Positions 44,325 to 55,528 of a stretch of 64,000 nt of DNA are shown piece by piece. The DNA is from Histomonas meleagridis 2922-C6/04-290x (lineage: Eukaryota; Protista; Parabasalia). The translations under genes were made by a program, and so were the position numbers. The stretch lies in NCBI GenBank assembly GCA_020184695.1, contig JAANOX010000192.1:49878-113877 (forward strand), read 5' to 3'. Numbering within the stretch: position 1 is the first letter of the stretch; every line of letters starts with the position of its first letter. A model generated the notes under the pieces. The model had not been told where the DNA came from. It was given only the letters and a program-made list of their open reading frames with translations, and did not search any database.

Positions 44325-45656
44325 ATGACTGTTGTTAGCGCCATCGGATCTGAAGTTACTAAATCGATATGGAAAGCATGCGACGAAGTTGAAAGAACAT
44401 GGGAAGAAGTCCTCGAATTGTTCCAACTTATTCCATCAAAAAAGGAGTCTGAATTAATTCTTTATAAAATTTTATCTTTTAATCCAAGCAACACAATCGT
44501 TTCAAAAAATCCAAAAACGTCAAGTGCTATTTCAGAAATCAATGATATTGTATTAAGACTCTCAGATTCGATCCAAGCAGATCCACATAATTATACAAAT
44601 TGGGTTTCATTAGGTCACTGTTATCTTCTTATGCATGATCATCCCAACGCTTACACAGCCTATACACATGCACTCTCTCTTACTCAACAAAATGAAATCC
44701 AAGATCCTAACTTTTGGCTTGGCATTGGCTCTGTTTATCAATATTTCAAATACAATGCCTCCATTGTTTTTCTCCGTCATGCCGATACTATTCCTACTGA
44801 TAGTCCTCTTTATTCTGATTTACAATTTCGCATTGCGTTAGCCAATCGTGATACCGGCAACTATCAAAAAGCGTTAGAAATCTTCACAGATCTTATCCAA
44901 TCACCACCACCTGATTTACTCTCAGATGATATCTTACTTCACATTGCCTTTACATATCAATTAGACCATCAAACCACCAAAGCCACTGAAACGTATGAAG
45001 CGTTATACCAACGCCATCCGGATAGTCTAGATCTTATCCAACAATACGCCTGGTTCTTATCACTTCAAAATGATCCAATCAGTCTCAACAAAGTTGACTC
45101 ATTAATCCTACAGTTCAACAATGACTCAACGCTTAAACTTATATCAGCACGAATTGCGATGAAACGTCAAGATATGACCACTGCGTATCATAACTATTGT
45201 GATTGCATTACGTATTGGAGCGATTCCCCATTGTTTTGGTGTGGTCTTGGAGTGTTATATTTCAAGAACGATCAAATGCGTGACGCAGTCATTGCGTTTC
45301 AACGCGCATTGTACCTCAGAGGAGATATCTATGAGGCGTGGGCGAACTTGGGATTAATTCTCGAGCTACAAGAACAGCCGAAAAACGCTTTCAACATTTA
45401 TCAGGCATCAATCAAACAATGTCCGAATAGCGAACTCCTGAGAGAAAGATACCATGCACTGGAGTCAGGAAGATCGAGACAGCCAACTCCTGCTATGGTG
45501 TTGGAGATTAACGACTCAAACTATTTCACACAGGCAGTAGAAAGGATATCAGAAGAATACGTGGCGCTGCCTCCAGCAATCGAAATAAAGGATTTGGATA
45601 AACACTCACAGGAAGTGCTAAGGGAATTCACATTGAAGCCAAAGTCGATTTTCTAA
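44325..45656 (+). CDS. TPR protein, Cyc8/Ssn6-like
   Basis: TPR motifs WVSLGHCYLLM…AYTAYTHAL, DPNFWLGIGSVY and PLFWCGLGVLYF…AFQRAL…EAWANLG. Confidence 0.8.
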   Translation: MTVVSAIGSEVTKSIWKACDEVERTWEEVLELFQLIPSKKESELILYKILSFNPSNTIVSKNPKTSSAISEINDIVLRLSDSIQADPHNYTNWVSLGHCYLLMHDHPNAYTAYTHALSLTQQNEIQDPNFWLGIGSVYQYFKYNASIVFLRHADTIPTDSPLYSDLQFRIALANRDTGNYQKALEIFTDLIQSPPPDLLSDDILLHIAFTYQLDHQTTKATETYEALYQRHPDSLDLIQQYAWFLSLQNDPISLNKVDSLILQFNNDSTLKLISARIAMKRQDMTTAYHNYCDCITYWSDSPLFWCGLGVLYFKNDQMRDAVIAFQRALYLRGDIYEAWANLGLILELQEQPKNAFNIYQASIKQCPNSELLRERYHALESGRSRQPTPAMVLEINDSNYFTQAVERISEEYVALPPAIEIKDLDKHSQEVLREFTLKPKSIF

Positions 45657-46134
45657 AAATTTATGATGAGAATATATTAATTTTTGCAATGTAATGTGAA
45701 TTTTTTTAACGAATATTAAAGTTTCGATGATTCGATATACCATATTAACATCTATTCACGAAAAAAAATTGTAAAAATTTACTTAAAAAAGTAAAATGCA
45801 CAAATTTTTTTATGTTAAAAAAAATAATGGCATAAAAGTCTTATTTTTTTTTTTTTTTACAATCAATAATGAAGTACTAATACATGTTAATAAATAATAG
45901 AAGATGAATCTAAATTTATATGATTATATTTAAAACACTTTTTGTGATAATGAGGTTGACTCAGAAAAAACTATAAAAATTAGAAGAGATAACATATAAT
46001 AACATCAGAGCAAAAAATTGCTTTCATTAATAATAAACCCAATTTGAATTATGTGAATCACATTACTTAAATTCTGAATTTAATTAAAAACAGATTATAT
46101 TGTAACATTTAAAAATATTAATCAATGTTTTCTT

Positions 46135-46632
46135 TTACTTTTCATTGATTACTTCTCTTGGTACTTCCTCAGTTGTTTCCAGGATTATGTTTCCTATTAT
46201 TGGCTTAATCATTAGTATCTTCTTGATATTACTCGCTGCATTAAGTATATCATCATTCTCTTGAATAAATTGATTTGTTTTCAAAATTAACTCATCGATA
46301 TCACTCCCAAAATAAGCAACAGAATACTTATAATTAAAAAGACTGGCCATATCATCTGTATAAACTTCTCTTGATACATTAAAGAATACTATTGAAGAAT
46401 AAAAAGGATAATCATCCGAAACAAGATCTATTTTGTTAATCAATGCCACATATTTATTAGGGCGTGCAACTATGGTTTTGGTGTAATTACTTTTTGGTTT
46501 TTGAATAATTACTACCATTGGGGGAAGGGAAAGAGTAGTATAATTAGTGACATTGTCTTCTTCTAAAAAACTAGTAGTGTTGTTCAGAAATGTTGAAGAA
46601 AGACTCATGGACAATAGAAAAGAAACAAACAT
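46135..46632 (-). CDS. Hypothetical protein with a possible short signal peptide
   Basis: 165-aa ATG ORF; hydrophobic N-terminus MFVSFLLSMSLS. Confidence 0.5.
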   Translation of the reverse strand: MFVSFLLSMSLSSTFLNNTTSFLEEDNVTNYTTLSLPPMVVIIQKPKSNYTKTIVARPNKYVALINKIDLVSDDYPFYSSIVFFNVSREVYTDDMASLFNYKYSVAYFGSDIDELILKTNQFIQENDDILNAASNIKKILMIKPIIGNIILETTEEVPREVINEK

Positions 46633-47350
46633 TTAAAATTATGTGATAACGAAAAAGTCATCTGAATCATAAACTTATAAAATTAAGCAATGTACTTTTT
46701 GAGCGATGTGAATATTAATATTAAAATTGTTTTCAAATATAAATTTTCATAAAAATTGAAAAATTAAAAAACTCATATTAGTTTATTTATATAAATTTGA
46801 ATAAAATATAATTACGATAATTAACATATGTAAAAATTTGTTTTACAATCAAAAATAGCATTTTAATGTAATTTTTTTTTATACACAGTGGCGATCGTAC
46901 AATATTACCAATTTTAAAATTGCTTGAAGAATGGAAACAATCATTTTAATATCACAATTCATTCAAAAACACAAAAGTGCTACTTGATAAGCCAAACAAT
47001 TTCCAATGTACATTTTTGACTAAGTCTGTTGCCATATTTGACGTCGATCATTTCCATGTGAAAAATGGCAACGATAGCTCTTAAATATGGAAACCGTTCC
47101 GATAGGTTTTTTTGCAGTCACTTTTAAAAAATGTGTTGCCATTTTCTTCTATGTGTTTCCCACAGTTTTTGAATTTTGGGTGGCAATGAAAGTGTTTACT
47201 TTTGAAGCTAATAGACAACTTTGAAATAATTTCTTTAATTAAAAATGGTCAATATATTGTGATGTATATACATCTAGATTTTTGACAAAACATTTTCACA
47301 CAAAAATATCTGACAAAATTCATTCGGCCAATTTCAAAAAAGTAACAAAG

Positions 47351-47566
47351 ATGAGCCAATTTAGTCCTTGTATTTCTTTTAAAGGACAGAACTTTATCTT
47401 TGTTTTAATGTCAATCATTGCATTTTCGTGCGTCGTTTTATTCTTTCTTTATGAAAACAAAAAGCGTAGAAACTTTGGAATGGAAATAATTTTTGCAATT
47501 TTTGCCGCATTCACTCTTAGCATCTGGATTTTCTTTGCTCTTCTTCGTGCCGATATTATTTTATAA
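47351..47566 (+). CDS. Small two-TM hypothetical protein
   Basis: ATG at 47351; two hydrophobic helices separated by ENKKRRN. Confidence 0.45.
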   Translation: MSQFSPCISFKGQNFIFVLMSIIAFSCVVLFFLYENKKRRNFGMEIIFAIFAAFTLSIWIFFALLRADIIL

Positions 47567-47841
47567 GCAATAAAATTTATTTTCTGTACTAATTTCTTGC
47601 GATTTTTTTTAAATACTTAAAACAAACCTAATTTACTGCTTTCATATGTTTTTAGCTTTGATACATTAAAACAAAAAGATTTCTTCATATTTAAGATAAC
47701 ATTTAATTTTTATTTTTCACAAAGTTATTATGTCTTATGTAATTACTCCTCATGTTTTAAACAAGGGTAGGCAAAACGCGGACACGCAGAAACAAAAAAA
47801 TCTTTGAAATGATAAAAATATGACTTCTTTCTTTTTTTTAT

Positions 47842-48180
47842 TTAAAAAATCATTTGATTAATTATGTAGATTTTTGTATTTACATCCTGTAGTACAAATG
47901 TAAAAGTACGTTGGGCGTTTCCCCAAATGCAATCGCCAGAAACAATGATTGAGCTGTCATTATATGAAATTACGGCATATGAATTAGCTTTAAAGTCATG
48001 TTTTTCTTTTTTCAGAAAATCTACAATTTTTGAAACTCCAACTAATTTGGTATTATCGATAGTTAATTTGGATTCATTTGTGTAAATATCTTCAAGGGAA
48101 GTTCCATCAGCAACGAATTCACCATAGGCTGAAAGAATTTGTTCGACTTTTGCTTGAACGATTTGGGGTTGAGATGCCAT
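47842..48180 (-). CDS. NTF2-family protein
   Basis: FVADGTSLEDIYTNESKLTIDNTKLVGVSKIVDFL…IIVSG…TFTFVL…IYIINQMIF; ATG at 48180. Confidence 0.7.
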   Translation of the reverse strand: MASQPQIVQAKVEQILSAYGEFVADGTSLEDIYTNESKLTIDNTKLVGVSKIVDFLKKEKHDFKANSYAVISYNDSSIIVSGDCIWGNAQRTFTFVLQDVNTKIYIINQMIF

Positions 48181-48819
48181 TGGTCTGATCTCGAAAAAAT
48201 ATGTATTTTTTTTGAAATAGTTTGACATCTTCCAAAGTTATCAATTTTTTTAATTGTTTACATTTTCCAATAAAACGTTACAAGAAAAGTTTTTGGCCAT
48301 TTAAACAATTAAAAAGTTATAGTTAATTTTATCGAGTCTGTTTATGAATCTTTAAACGATACCGCGAAAAGATCTCGAATGTGAAATTTGATGAAATATT
48401 TTTTTGAATATCGCTTGTAGAGTACGCTTTAAAGGGAATTCAATTTCATCATTTATTTTATCTATGTTATTAATAAGTATTACCATTATTTTATTATTAT
48501 GAAATATATCAAGACTAGCTAATTAAATGTGTTAGTATTTTACAATATAAAACAATTTTTATTCAAAGTATACACATACCAGTATAGATTAATGTGAAGC
48601 TTAAAATCATCAATCTTAAGAAGAAAAATAATACGATCAAAATTAATTGAATTTAACATCCACAAATGAAAAAATAAAATGAAGGAAAACAAAATAATAT
48701 CAAAACAATATAAGCAAATTTCACATGCTTTTGCTGATAGTTCAAAGGAATAACGACATCAAAATTTCAAAAAAAAAAAAATTCTTGAAAATTTACAAAA
48801 TATTTTTTATTACCACATT

Positions 48820-49645
48820 CTTACCGGAAATCATCAAATCTAATATTTCATTTGAACAAACCTCAGATAGCTATAAAAAATCCAACCAAATATATCAAAT
48901 TTTTGATTTGATTCGTGGTCCACAATATGTTCAATCTATCTCTCATGGAATTGGTTATATTTATCAAAACCCATCTGAATTTGCGACATCTTTATAATGA
49001 TATTAAAACGAAACAAGAAAGGAGTTTATATTATATAAAAATCATGGAATTTTTTCAAAAACCAGAATCATATACATGTTGTAATTTAATATCATTTGCA
49101 GAACATATCAGATGGTCATTTAAACGAACTCAAAAAAAAGTCTTTTTTATTATTATGAAATAATATACTTATTGATTCCAAATTTTATGGAACTTTATTT
49201 CGTTATAATTTGCTTAATAAAGATATCCCTAAATTTGAAATAGTTTGTGATGATGCAATTGATTTATTATCAATTAAAGATGCACAAAATAGTTTTAACT
49301 TAGCTCTTGATAAAAGAACGAAAAAATTTAATAATTTGGATAGTGACACTAGCATTAAAAATTCGATATTATTTCCGCTTTCAAAACTTGACGAAATTCC
49401 AATCGGTGAACAATTTCATATAATTTTAAATGTTTATTCGAAAATTGTCGGACTGTTCCAATGAGATAATGAACTTTCACTTGGCTATTTAGGACATTTC
49501 ATTATAAAAGCGGGCGTGAAAACATTGCAAACTATAAGCATTTGTTTTTATAAGAGAAATGACTTATTCGAAATGTTAAGTAATAACCAAAAACATTGGT
49601 GGGAAGAAATATCATCCTTCCTACAAAATATTACATCTGGATAAA
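48820..49645 (+). pseudogene. Fragmented coding-like region of unknown family
   Basis: Several short ORFs with coding-like composition. The reading continues in frame past TGA 49462-64 (DNELSLGYLGHFIIKAG…HWWEEISSFLQ). Confidence 0.35.
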
Positions 49646-50063
49646 TTTTTAATAAATGTTCACTGTTGATTAACAAATATATAAAAACCTACAAAAGAAT
49701 TCATTAATACAAAAATTTTTGGAATTTATTTATTCACAATTTTATTCAAGACATGATGTCATCCATCGGTAAAATTTTTTTTTTTTATTAATTAGGTTCT
49801 AAAAATATAAACTCATACAATTTTATCATAATTTTTAGAACCGTTTATAAACATTCAATAACTTTTTGAACACAACATGTTGTTTGTCACGTGACGCAAG
49901 AAGTTGATTTAGTTAGTCAAATACTGATATAGACAGAAAACTTCACAAATATTTCATAACGTTATTATTACAACAGAGTTCAATTTTTCCAACGTCATTT
50001 TTTCAATTTTTTTGTGATTTGAATTTCTCAAAAAGATGAAATAAGATAATTTCATTTTTATAT

Positions 50064-53000
50064 ATGATTCTTAATTTATTGCTATATCTCATTAAAACAG
50101 AGAATATAGGGAGATCTGTATATGGAAGCCCTGGTATTGATGAAGTTAATCTTGATTTACATGATGGATTCGAGATCCTAGAACGCAATTTAACTATACC
50201 AAATCGTACCCATATCAAAGAAGCTCATTTTACAAGTTCGGTTATTAATGATGACGACTATCCGTGGCCAGGACATCCATATAAAAATACATGTAATTGG
50301 ACACTATTATCAAATGAAACAATTAATGTCAAAAATAAATATAAATCAGTAGATATGACACAAGAAGAATTATATTGGCATCCAGCAGGTGCAAAACAAT
50401 TTTATACCACACAAGAAGAGATAGATCAGATGGAACGTGTTAAAGTTCGCCTTATTTTATCACCAAAACGTTTACGCCATACAACTCCATTCTTTTTACC
50501 ACCTGGCGAACTCATGACAATTGAAATTTCTGAAGAAACTGTTTCTAAAAACATTAGAATTGATTATAATCAACATACAGAAAATATTTGGAAAGGAGGA
50601 AATGGTGAAGCAGTGTCTAAGAACCGTTTAAATGAACTTTTACTTGAGGGAATGAGACTTACAAAAACCAAATGCACAATGGGGACACCATATGGTGCCA
50701 ACTTATATTTCCATATAAGTTCTGCTGAACCGATTGAAATTAATATCACTGGTGTAATCATTAATCCATTTTTTGTTTATGGTGTTCATTCTGATACTGA
50801 ATGGAATAATTCACTTTCATTATTCAAAGGTCCTGTCTTTAGTTTTTATACTGGTAATATTGAAATTGTTGGATATTCACCATCAATTAAAGATTCAGCA
50901 CAACGAATTAACGATTGCGGAGAATGGTTACGTAGTGCATATCAAATTGGTCAAACATCAGCATACGATTATGGGAACAATCCAAAATTTGGACGTTCAA
51001 TTAATCCACCACAACTTACATCAGAAACATTTGTTCCAGCAGGTGCAGCAGTAGCTATAACTGGAGAAAATAATTGTTTCTTCCCAACAAGCACTATAAA
51101 TACATTTCTGAAATTTTCATCATTAATGGGTAATCCATGGATGGTAGTACATGAAATGAATCATCTTAGGCAAAATAATTGGGGAAGAGCATTGAATGGT
51201 TGGGGTGAAATTACTAATAATGTAATTAATTTAGTTATATATGCGCAAAGTAATGAAGCAAGTAAATCAAGAACTATTGATGGCGCAAGTGGTTGGCCTG
51301 GTTTTGCAAATTCATTCACTAATTTAAATAATAAGGATGCGAATGATTTACGCTTATATTCAATAATGCTTCATTATTTCGGTATCGAAAAAATGAAACA
51401 ATTTATTGATGATGATCAATACGTTCGTTATTATCCTAGAAATACTTATGGAATTGCAGGCTCTGAAATGCTTCGTGCCTCAAAAGTTTTCGGTAGAAAT
51501 ATGAGATATCATTATAATTGGGAAGGTGTTACTGATGAAAAACTAACTAATGCCACATTAAAAGAATTAGAGAAAATGAATCTTCCTGAATTTCATCCAG
51601 TTACTACTGCTTATGGCTCAGGTTTTCTTGTTAATGATACAACAGGATTTATTACACAAAGACCATTTTATTTACCAAATATTAATCAAACAATTGATTT
51701 TATTGAAACAATGCATTCTATTAAAGAAGAACATTTTGGTGAATTTGAATATGTTAGTGCTGAATTTGAAGAAAATAGAAAACGATTTTGGGTTGAAAAA
51801 TCCAAAGGAAAATTCACAAGAATTCCATTTACTAATATCACTGATGTTGAAGAAGTAATTGTTTCATATAATGATACAACAACAGGTGAAATTACTCGAT
51901 GCATTTGTCACTTTAAGGAAACTATTCATAGTATTTATGATTATCAATATTATGATCTACCAAATGGTTTGAAGATTAAAGATGCATATAATTTAACAGT
52001 AGGTAGAGAAGCTGATGCAATAATACCATTATCAAATACAGACGTATCAATTCCAAAGAAATCTGATCTAAGTACTGTTGACGTTGTTAAGCTTAGAATT
52101 CGTCCACCTAAAAATGCTTCATATAGATTCGTATTAAAAGGTAATGGTCAATCACAAATTTATATTTCAAATGAAACTTTAACTTATAATCCAAACATTG
52201 ATGTTGTATTAATGACTGAAAAAGCTGGTCAATGGTATGCGAATAATCCAAGTGATCCAATTTATCTTGAAACTACACAAGTTTATAATATGGCATATGT
52301 TATGTACACTACAAATACAAAAACAAATGGTTGGATAAGTTACTTTGAAGGATCAAGTTCAAGTTTGAAAACAATGGATGCTTCATGGTATGTTACAGAA
52401 GAAATACCACCAGAAGATTTGTTTTATACACAATATATCCCACAGAAAGAAAAAATTTATGAAATGGATCTTTATAATGATCTTTCATTTTTGAGTAATG
52501 ATCAATCAAAATGGAATATTACTAAATATCCGATTGGATTTGTATTCACAGGAGTAACTACTTCAAATCAGGGAACTAAAAATGAAAAAACTACAACGGA
52601 ACTTATTAACTCGGCTATAACTGATGATGACCCAACAACTGAATTTAGAACTAATTATTGGAATGGCCAAATTCCTGATTTCCCACACATTTATGAAATA
52701 GATATGGGCGAAACAAATGAATTTGATTCAGTTTATTTAGCAGTATCACAGAACACAGGTTACTTTGATGTTTATGGCTATTTAGAAATTAGTGTATCAA
52801 ACACAGAAGAAAATTTAGAATCAGAATCTTCGATTGTTTGGGGAGGATACTATGAATCTTTAAATCCTGCAATTTCAATAGGAGAAAAAACTAAAGGACG
52901 CTATCTCAGACTTAAATTCCATAATAATACTAAAACTTGGAAAGATGGCCATAAAGGACGTACTTCGATTAGAGAAGTTAAAGTTGGATATCAGTTTTAC

Positions 53001-54050
53001 ACACAAAAGGTTATTCCAATCACAAACACTAAAGTTATAACTAAGTCATCGAAGTGGCTTGAAACACGCGCAGGTCCTTATTATAATGGCAAAGCTTATA
53101 TTGGTAAACCAGATGAAGAAATTATATATAAAATTCCAAGTGGCCAACGAGCGTTTGGTATTATTGGGGATTATTATGAAGGCATTGGTTATGCAGATGT
53201 TTATTTGGATGGAAGTAAAATTGGAGAAATTCATCAATCAGTTACACCACAAATTGATTCACGAAAACTTAAATATTCGACACGTGCATATCGTTCAGTA
53301 TTATTTTATCATTTACTTGACACTACATCAGAACATGAAGTTAAAGTTTATGTAACTCAAGGAAGTATTACAGTATCAGGTTTTCTTAAAGATGAAATTG
53401 TATACAATTATTTCACAGATCCAACGCGTTCATATATGTATACACTTGGAGATATTCATAAGCAAAAGGAATTTGTACCAGAAGATTCCGATCCGAATTA
53501 TACATTTAGTTACGAACACCAACGATATTCAGTCCGAATTGAAATTGGAACAAATACGACGAAAGAAGCCAAATTTTATTATTCATATATTGATGATGTT
53601 AATCGTATTAATGAAATTAACGAAACAACGAAAGAATTTCAAGAAGACTTTCCAATTGATTTATATTTATATGTTCAATATCAAAACAACGAAGTTGAAC
53701 TAATTGAACACATCTTCACAGGAATGACATCGAACCACGTCGAATATGTCATTAACTACACACCGCCACCAGAAGTTACAACAGAAGTACAATCTGAAGT
53801 TGCATCAAATGTTTCAGAGATAAACGAATCCGATATAATTAATGAAAATTCTGATACAATATTTAAAGACATTAACGATGATGATGGAGCTAACCAAGAC
53901 GATAAAGGAAAAGACGGTTCTTTAAGTGGTGCTGCCATAGCTGGAATTGCAATTGCAGTTGTTGCTGCAATCGCAATTGCTATTGTTTCTGTTGTTGTCA
54001 TAATGAGACGTAAAAAAAGTCAAATGGCACATAGTGAACCGACCACATGA
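50064..54050 (+). CDS. M60-like (zincin) surface peptidase with carbohydrate-binding-type domains, stalk and TM anchor
   Basis: TPFFLPPGE, MGTPYGANLYF, HEMNH…WGEITNN (HEXXH + downstream E), PA14/F5-8-like regions, C-terminal GAAIAGIAIAVV…RRKK. Confidence 0.88.
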   Translation: MILNLLLYLIKTENIGRSVYGSPGIDEVNLDLHDGFEILERNLTIPNRTHIKEAHFTSSVINDDDYPWPGHPYKNTCNWTLLSNETINVKNKYKSVDMTQEELYWHPAGAKQFYTTQEEIDQMERVKVRLILSPKRLRHTTPFFLPPGELMTIEISEETVSKNIRIDYNQHTENIWKGGNGEAVSKNRLNELLLEGMRLTKTKCTMGTPYGANLYFHISSAEPIEINITGVIINPFFVYGVHSDTEWNNSLSLFKGPVFSFYTGNIEIVGYSPSIKDSAQRINDCGEWLRSAYQIGQTSAYDYGNNPKFGRSINPPQLTSETFVPAGAAVAITGENNCFFPTSTINTFLKFSSLMGNPWMVVHEMNHLRQNNWGRALNGWGEITNNVINLVIYAQSNEASKSRTIDGASGWPGFANSFTNLNNKDANDLRLYSIMLHYFGIEKMKQFIDDDQYVRYYPRNTYGIAGSEMLRASKVFGRNMRYHYNWEGVTDEKLTNATLKELEKMNLPEFHPVTTAYGSGFLVNDTTGFITQRPFYLPNINQTIDFIETMHSIKEEHFGEFEYVSAEFEENRKRFWVEKSKGKFTRIPFTNITDVEEVIVSYNDTTTGEITRCICHFKETIHSIYDYQYYDLPNGLKIKDAYNLTVGREADAIIPLSNTDVSIPKKSDLSTVDVVKLRIRPPKNASYRFVLKGNGQSQIYISNETLTYNPNIDVVLMTEKAGQWYANNPSDPIYLETTQVYNMAYVMYTTNTKTNGWISYFEGSSSSLKTMDASWYVTEEIPPEDLFYTQYIPQKEKIYEMDLYNDLSFLSNDQSKWNITKYPIGFVFTGVTTSNQGTKNEKTTTELINSAITDDDPTTEFRTNYWNGQIPDFPHIYEIDMGETNEFDSVYLAVSQNTGYFDVYGYLEISVSNTEENLESESSIVWGGYYESLNPAISIGEKTKGRYLRLKFHNNTKTWKDGHKGRTSIREVKVGYQFYTQKVIPITNTKVITKSSKWLETRAGPYYNGKAYIGKPDEEIIYKIPSGQRAFGIIGDYYEGIGYADVYLDGSKIGEIHQSVTPQIDSRKLKYSTRAYRSVLFYHLLDTTSEHEVKVYVTQGSITVSGFLKDEIVYNYFTDPTRSYMYTLGDIHKQKEFVPEDSDPNYTFSYEHQRYSVRIEIGTNTTKEAKFYYSYIDDVNRINEINETTKEFQEDFPIDLYLYVQYQNNEVELIEHIFTGMTSNHVEYVINYTPPPEVTTEVQSEVASNVSEINESDIINENSDTIFKDINDDDGANQDDKGKDGSLSGAAIAGIAIAVVAAIAIAIVSVVVIMRRKKSQMAHSEPTT

Positions 54051-54290
54051 TTGCAAGTGACTAAAAAATGATGTTTCGTTAAATTTTTTTTTATGTTCTT
54101 ACGAAAGGTTATGGTTTTCTTAATAATTATTTTTGACAGAAGGATGAAATTATTTCAAGAACGAGAATATAAATCACATTCTTAAATTCTATAATAAAAC
54201 GAAATTATTCTAATGTAATTGAAAAAAGTGAACAATGTATTTGAAGATTGTATTCATAAATGTGATGCTTTATTTTAAACCATTAATGCT

Positions 54291-54746
54291 TTATGATGAA
54301 AGCATCATATGAACGAACTCGGCATAGTCAATAATTCCATCCTTGTTAGTATCTGCTTGTGCAATCATTTCATCAATTTCTTCTTGTGTCAAAGGTTCAC
54401 CTAAATTCTTCATAATGTGAGTGAGCTCCGCAACAGAAATTTTTCCATCACCATCCTTATCAAAAACACGAAAAGCGTCAATAATTTCTTCTTCGGTATC
54501 ACCTTCACGGAGTTGACGACTCATCATATAAAGAAATTCATCGAACTCAATTGTTCCATTTCCATCAATATCGACTTCATTTACCATATCTTGTATTTCG
54601 GCTTCTGAGGGATTTTGACCTAAAGAACGCATTACAGTTCCTAATTCTTTAGCTGTAATCCTTCCATCCCCATCTTTATCGAAGATATTAAAAGCCTCGC
54701 GGAATTCTGCAATTTGCTCAGGCGTCAAATTGAGATCTTCGGACAT
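54291..54746 (-). CDS. CaM: Calmodulin (four EF hands)
   Basis: [41 protein letters not shown]…[13 protein letters not shown]…DKDGDGKIS…DTNKDGIID. Confidence 0.95.
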   Translation of the reverse strand: MSEDLNLTPEQIAEFREAFNIFDKDGDGRITAKELGTVMRSLGQNPSEAEIQDMVNEVDIDGNGTIEFDEFLYMMSRQLREGDTEEEIIDAFRVFDKDGDGKISVAELTHIMKNLGEPLTQEEIDEMIAQADTNKDGIIDYAEFVHMMLSS

Positions 54747-55087
54747 ACTCCAAATATATTAACGGTTATCTCAGAAAATGACAAAAACGATAGCTATCTT
54801 AGAATGACATGTGATGTGAAATATGTTATTTGGAGGTTTTCTCAAGAGTAAATGATGGAGCAATAGCAAGAGACCTTTATTGTTAAATGTGTATCACATT
54901 TATACTATTTCACTTTTTTAACTTGGAGAAATTAAAAATAGAATTCATATGTTTGACATAAATATTTTTTGATTAAAAAAAAGTGTAAAAATTCTATGGT
55001 GTATAATACTTATATTAGAAATATCATTATTCCGATTGTGTTTGATCATCACAAGCTTCATCTAAAAAGCATCATCTAGATGATGTT

Positions 55088-55492
55088 TTGGGGTGCACCT
55101 CCTGCGAGAGCACTTTCCTTGTAAATCATAGAATACCCAATATCCAATTTTGGATGGAAGAAGAATGGAATGAAATATGTAATGATTTAGAAATCACATT
55201 GTTAAAAGTAATGACCAGTGGAATGGACTCAGAAAATTCGCTTAAACTTGGAGAGTCTGAAACGAAAATTACAGAATTATTAAATAACTTACCAAAACAG
55301 ATTCTAAATTACCAAAGCAAAACGCATCCTCAAAACGATTCTATTACTTTTATGCAGTTAGTTAACAAAATCAAAAATCAATCCGAAGTTGCTTTAGTGA
55401 TACTTCGCGAATTAAATTCATCAGTTACATCGGGGAAAATGCGTAACTTTGTGACAACGTGGCGAATGCGCGACTCTGTAATCAAATATTAG
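55088..55492 (+). CDS. Hypothetical protein (start uncertain)
   Basis: Open frame of 134 codons starting at TTG. The nearest ATG (55083) is in another frame. Confidence 0.35.
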   Translation: MGCTSCESTFLVNHRIPNIQFWMEEEWNEICNDLEITLLKVMTSGMDSENSLKLGESETKITELLNNLPKQILNYQSKTHPQNDSITFMQLVNKIKNQSEVALVILRELNSSVTSGKMRNFVTTWRMRDSVIKY

Positions 55493-55528
55493 GCTGAATA
55501 AAACATAAAGAATTAATATTTATTTAAT

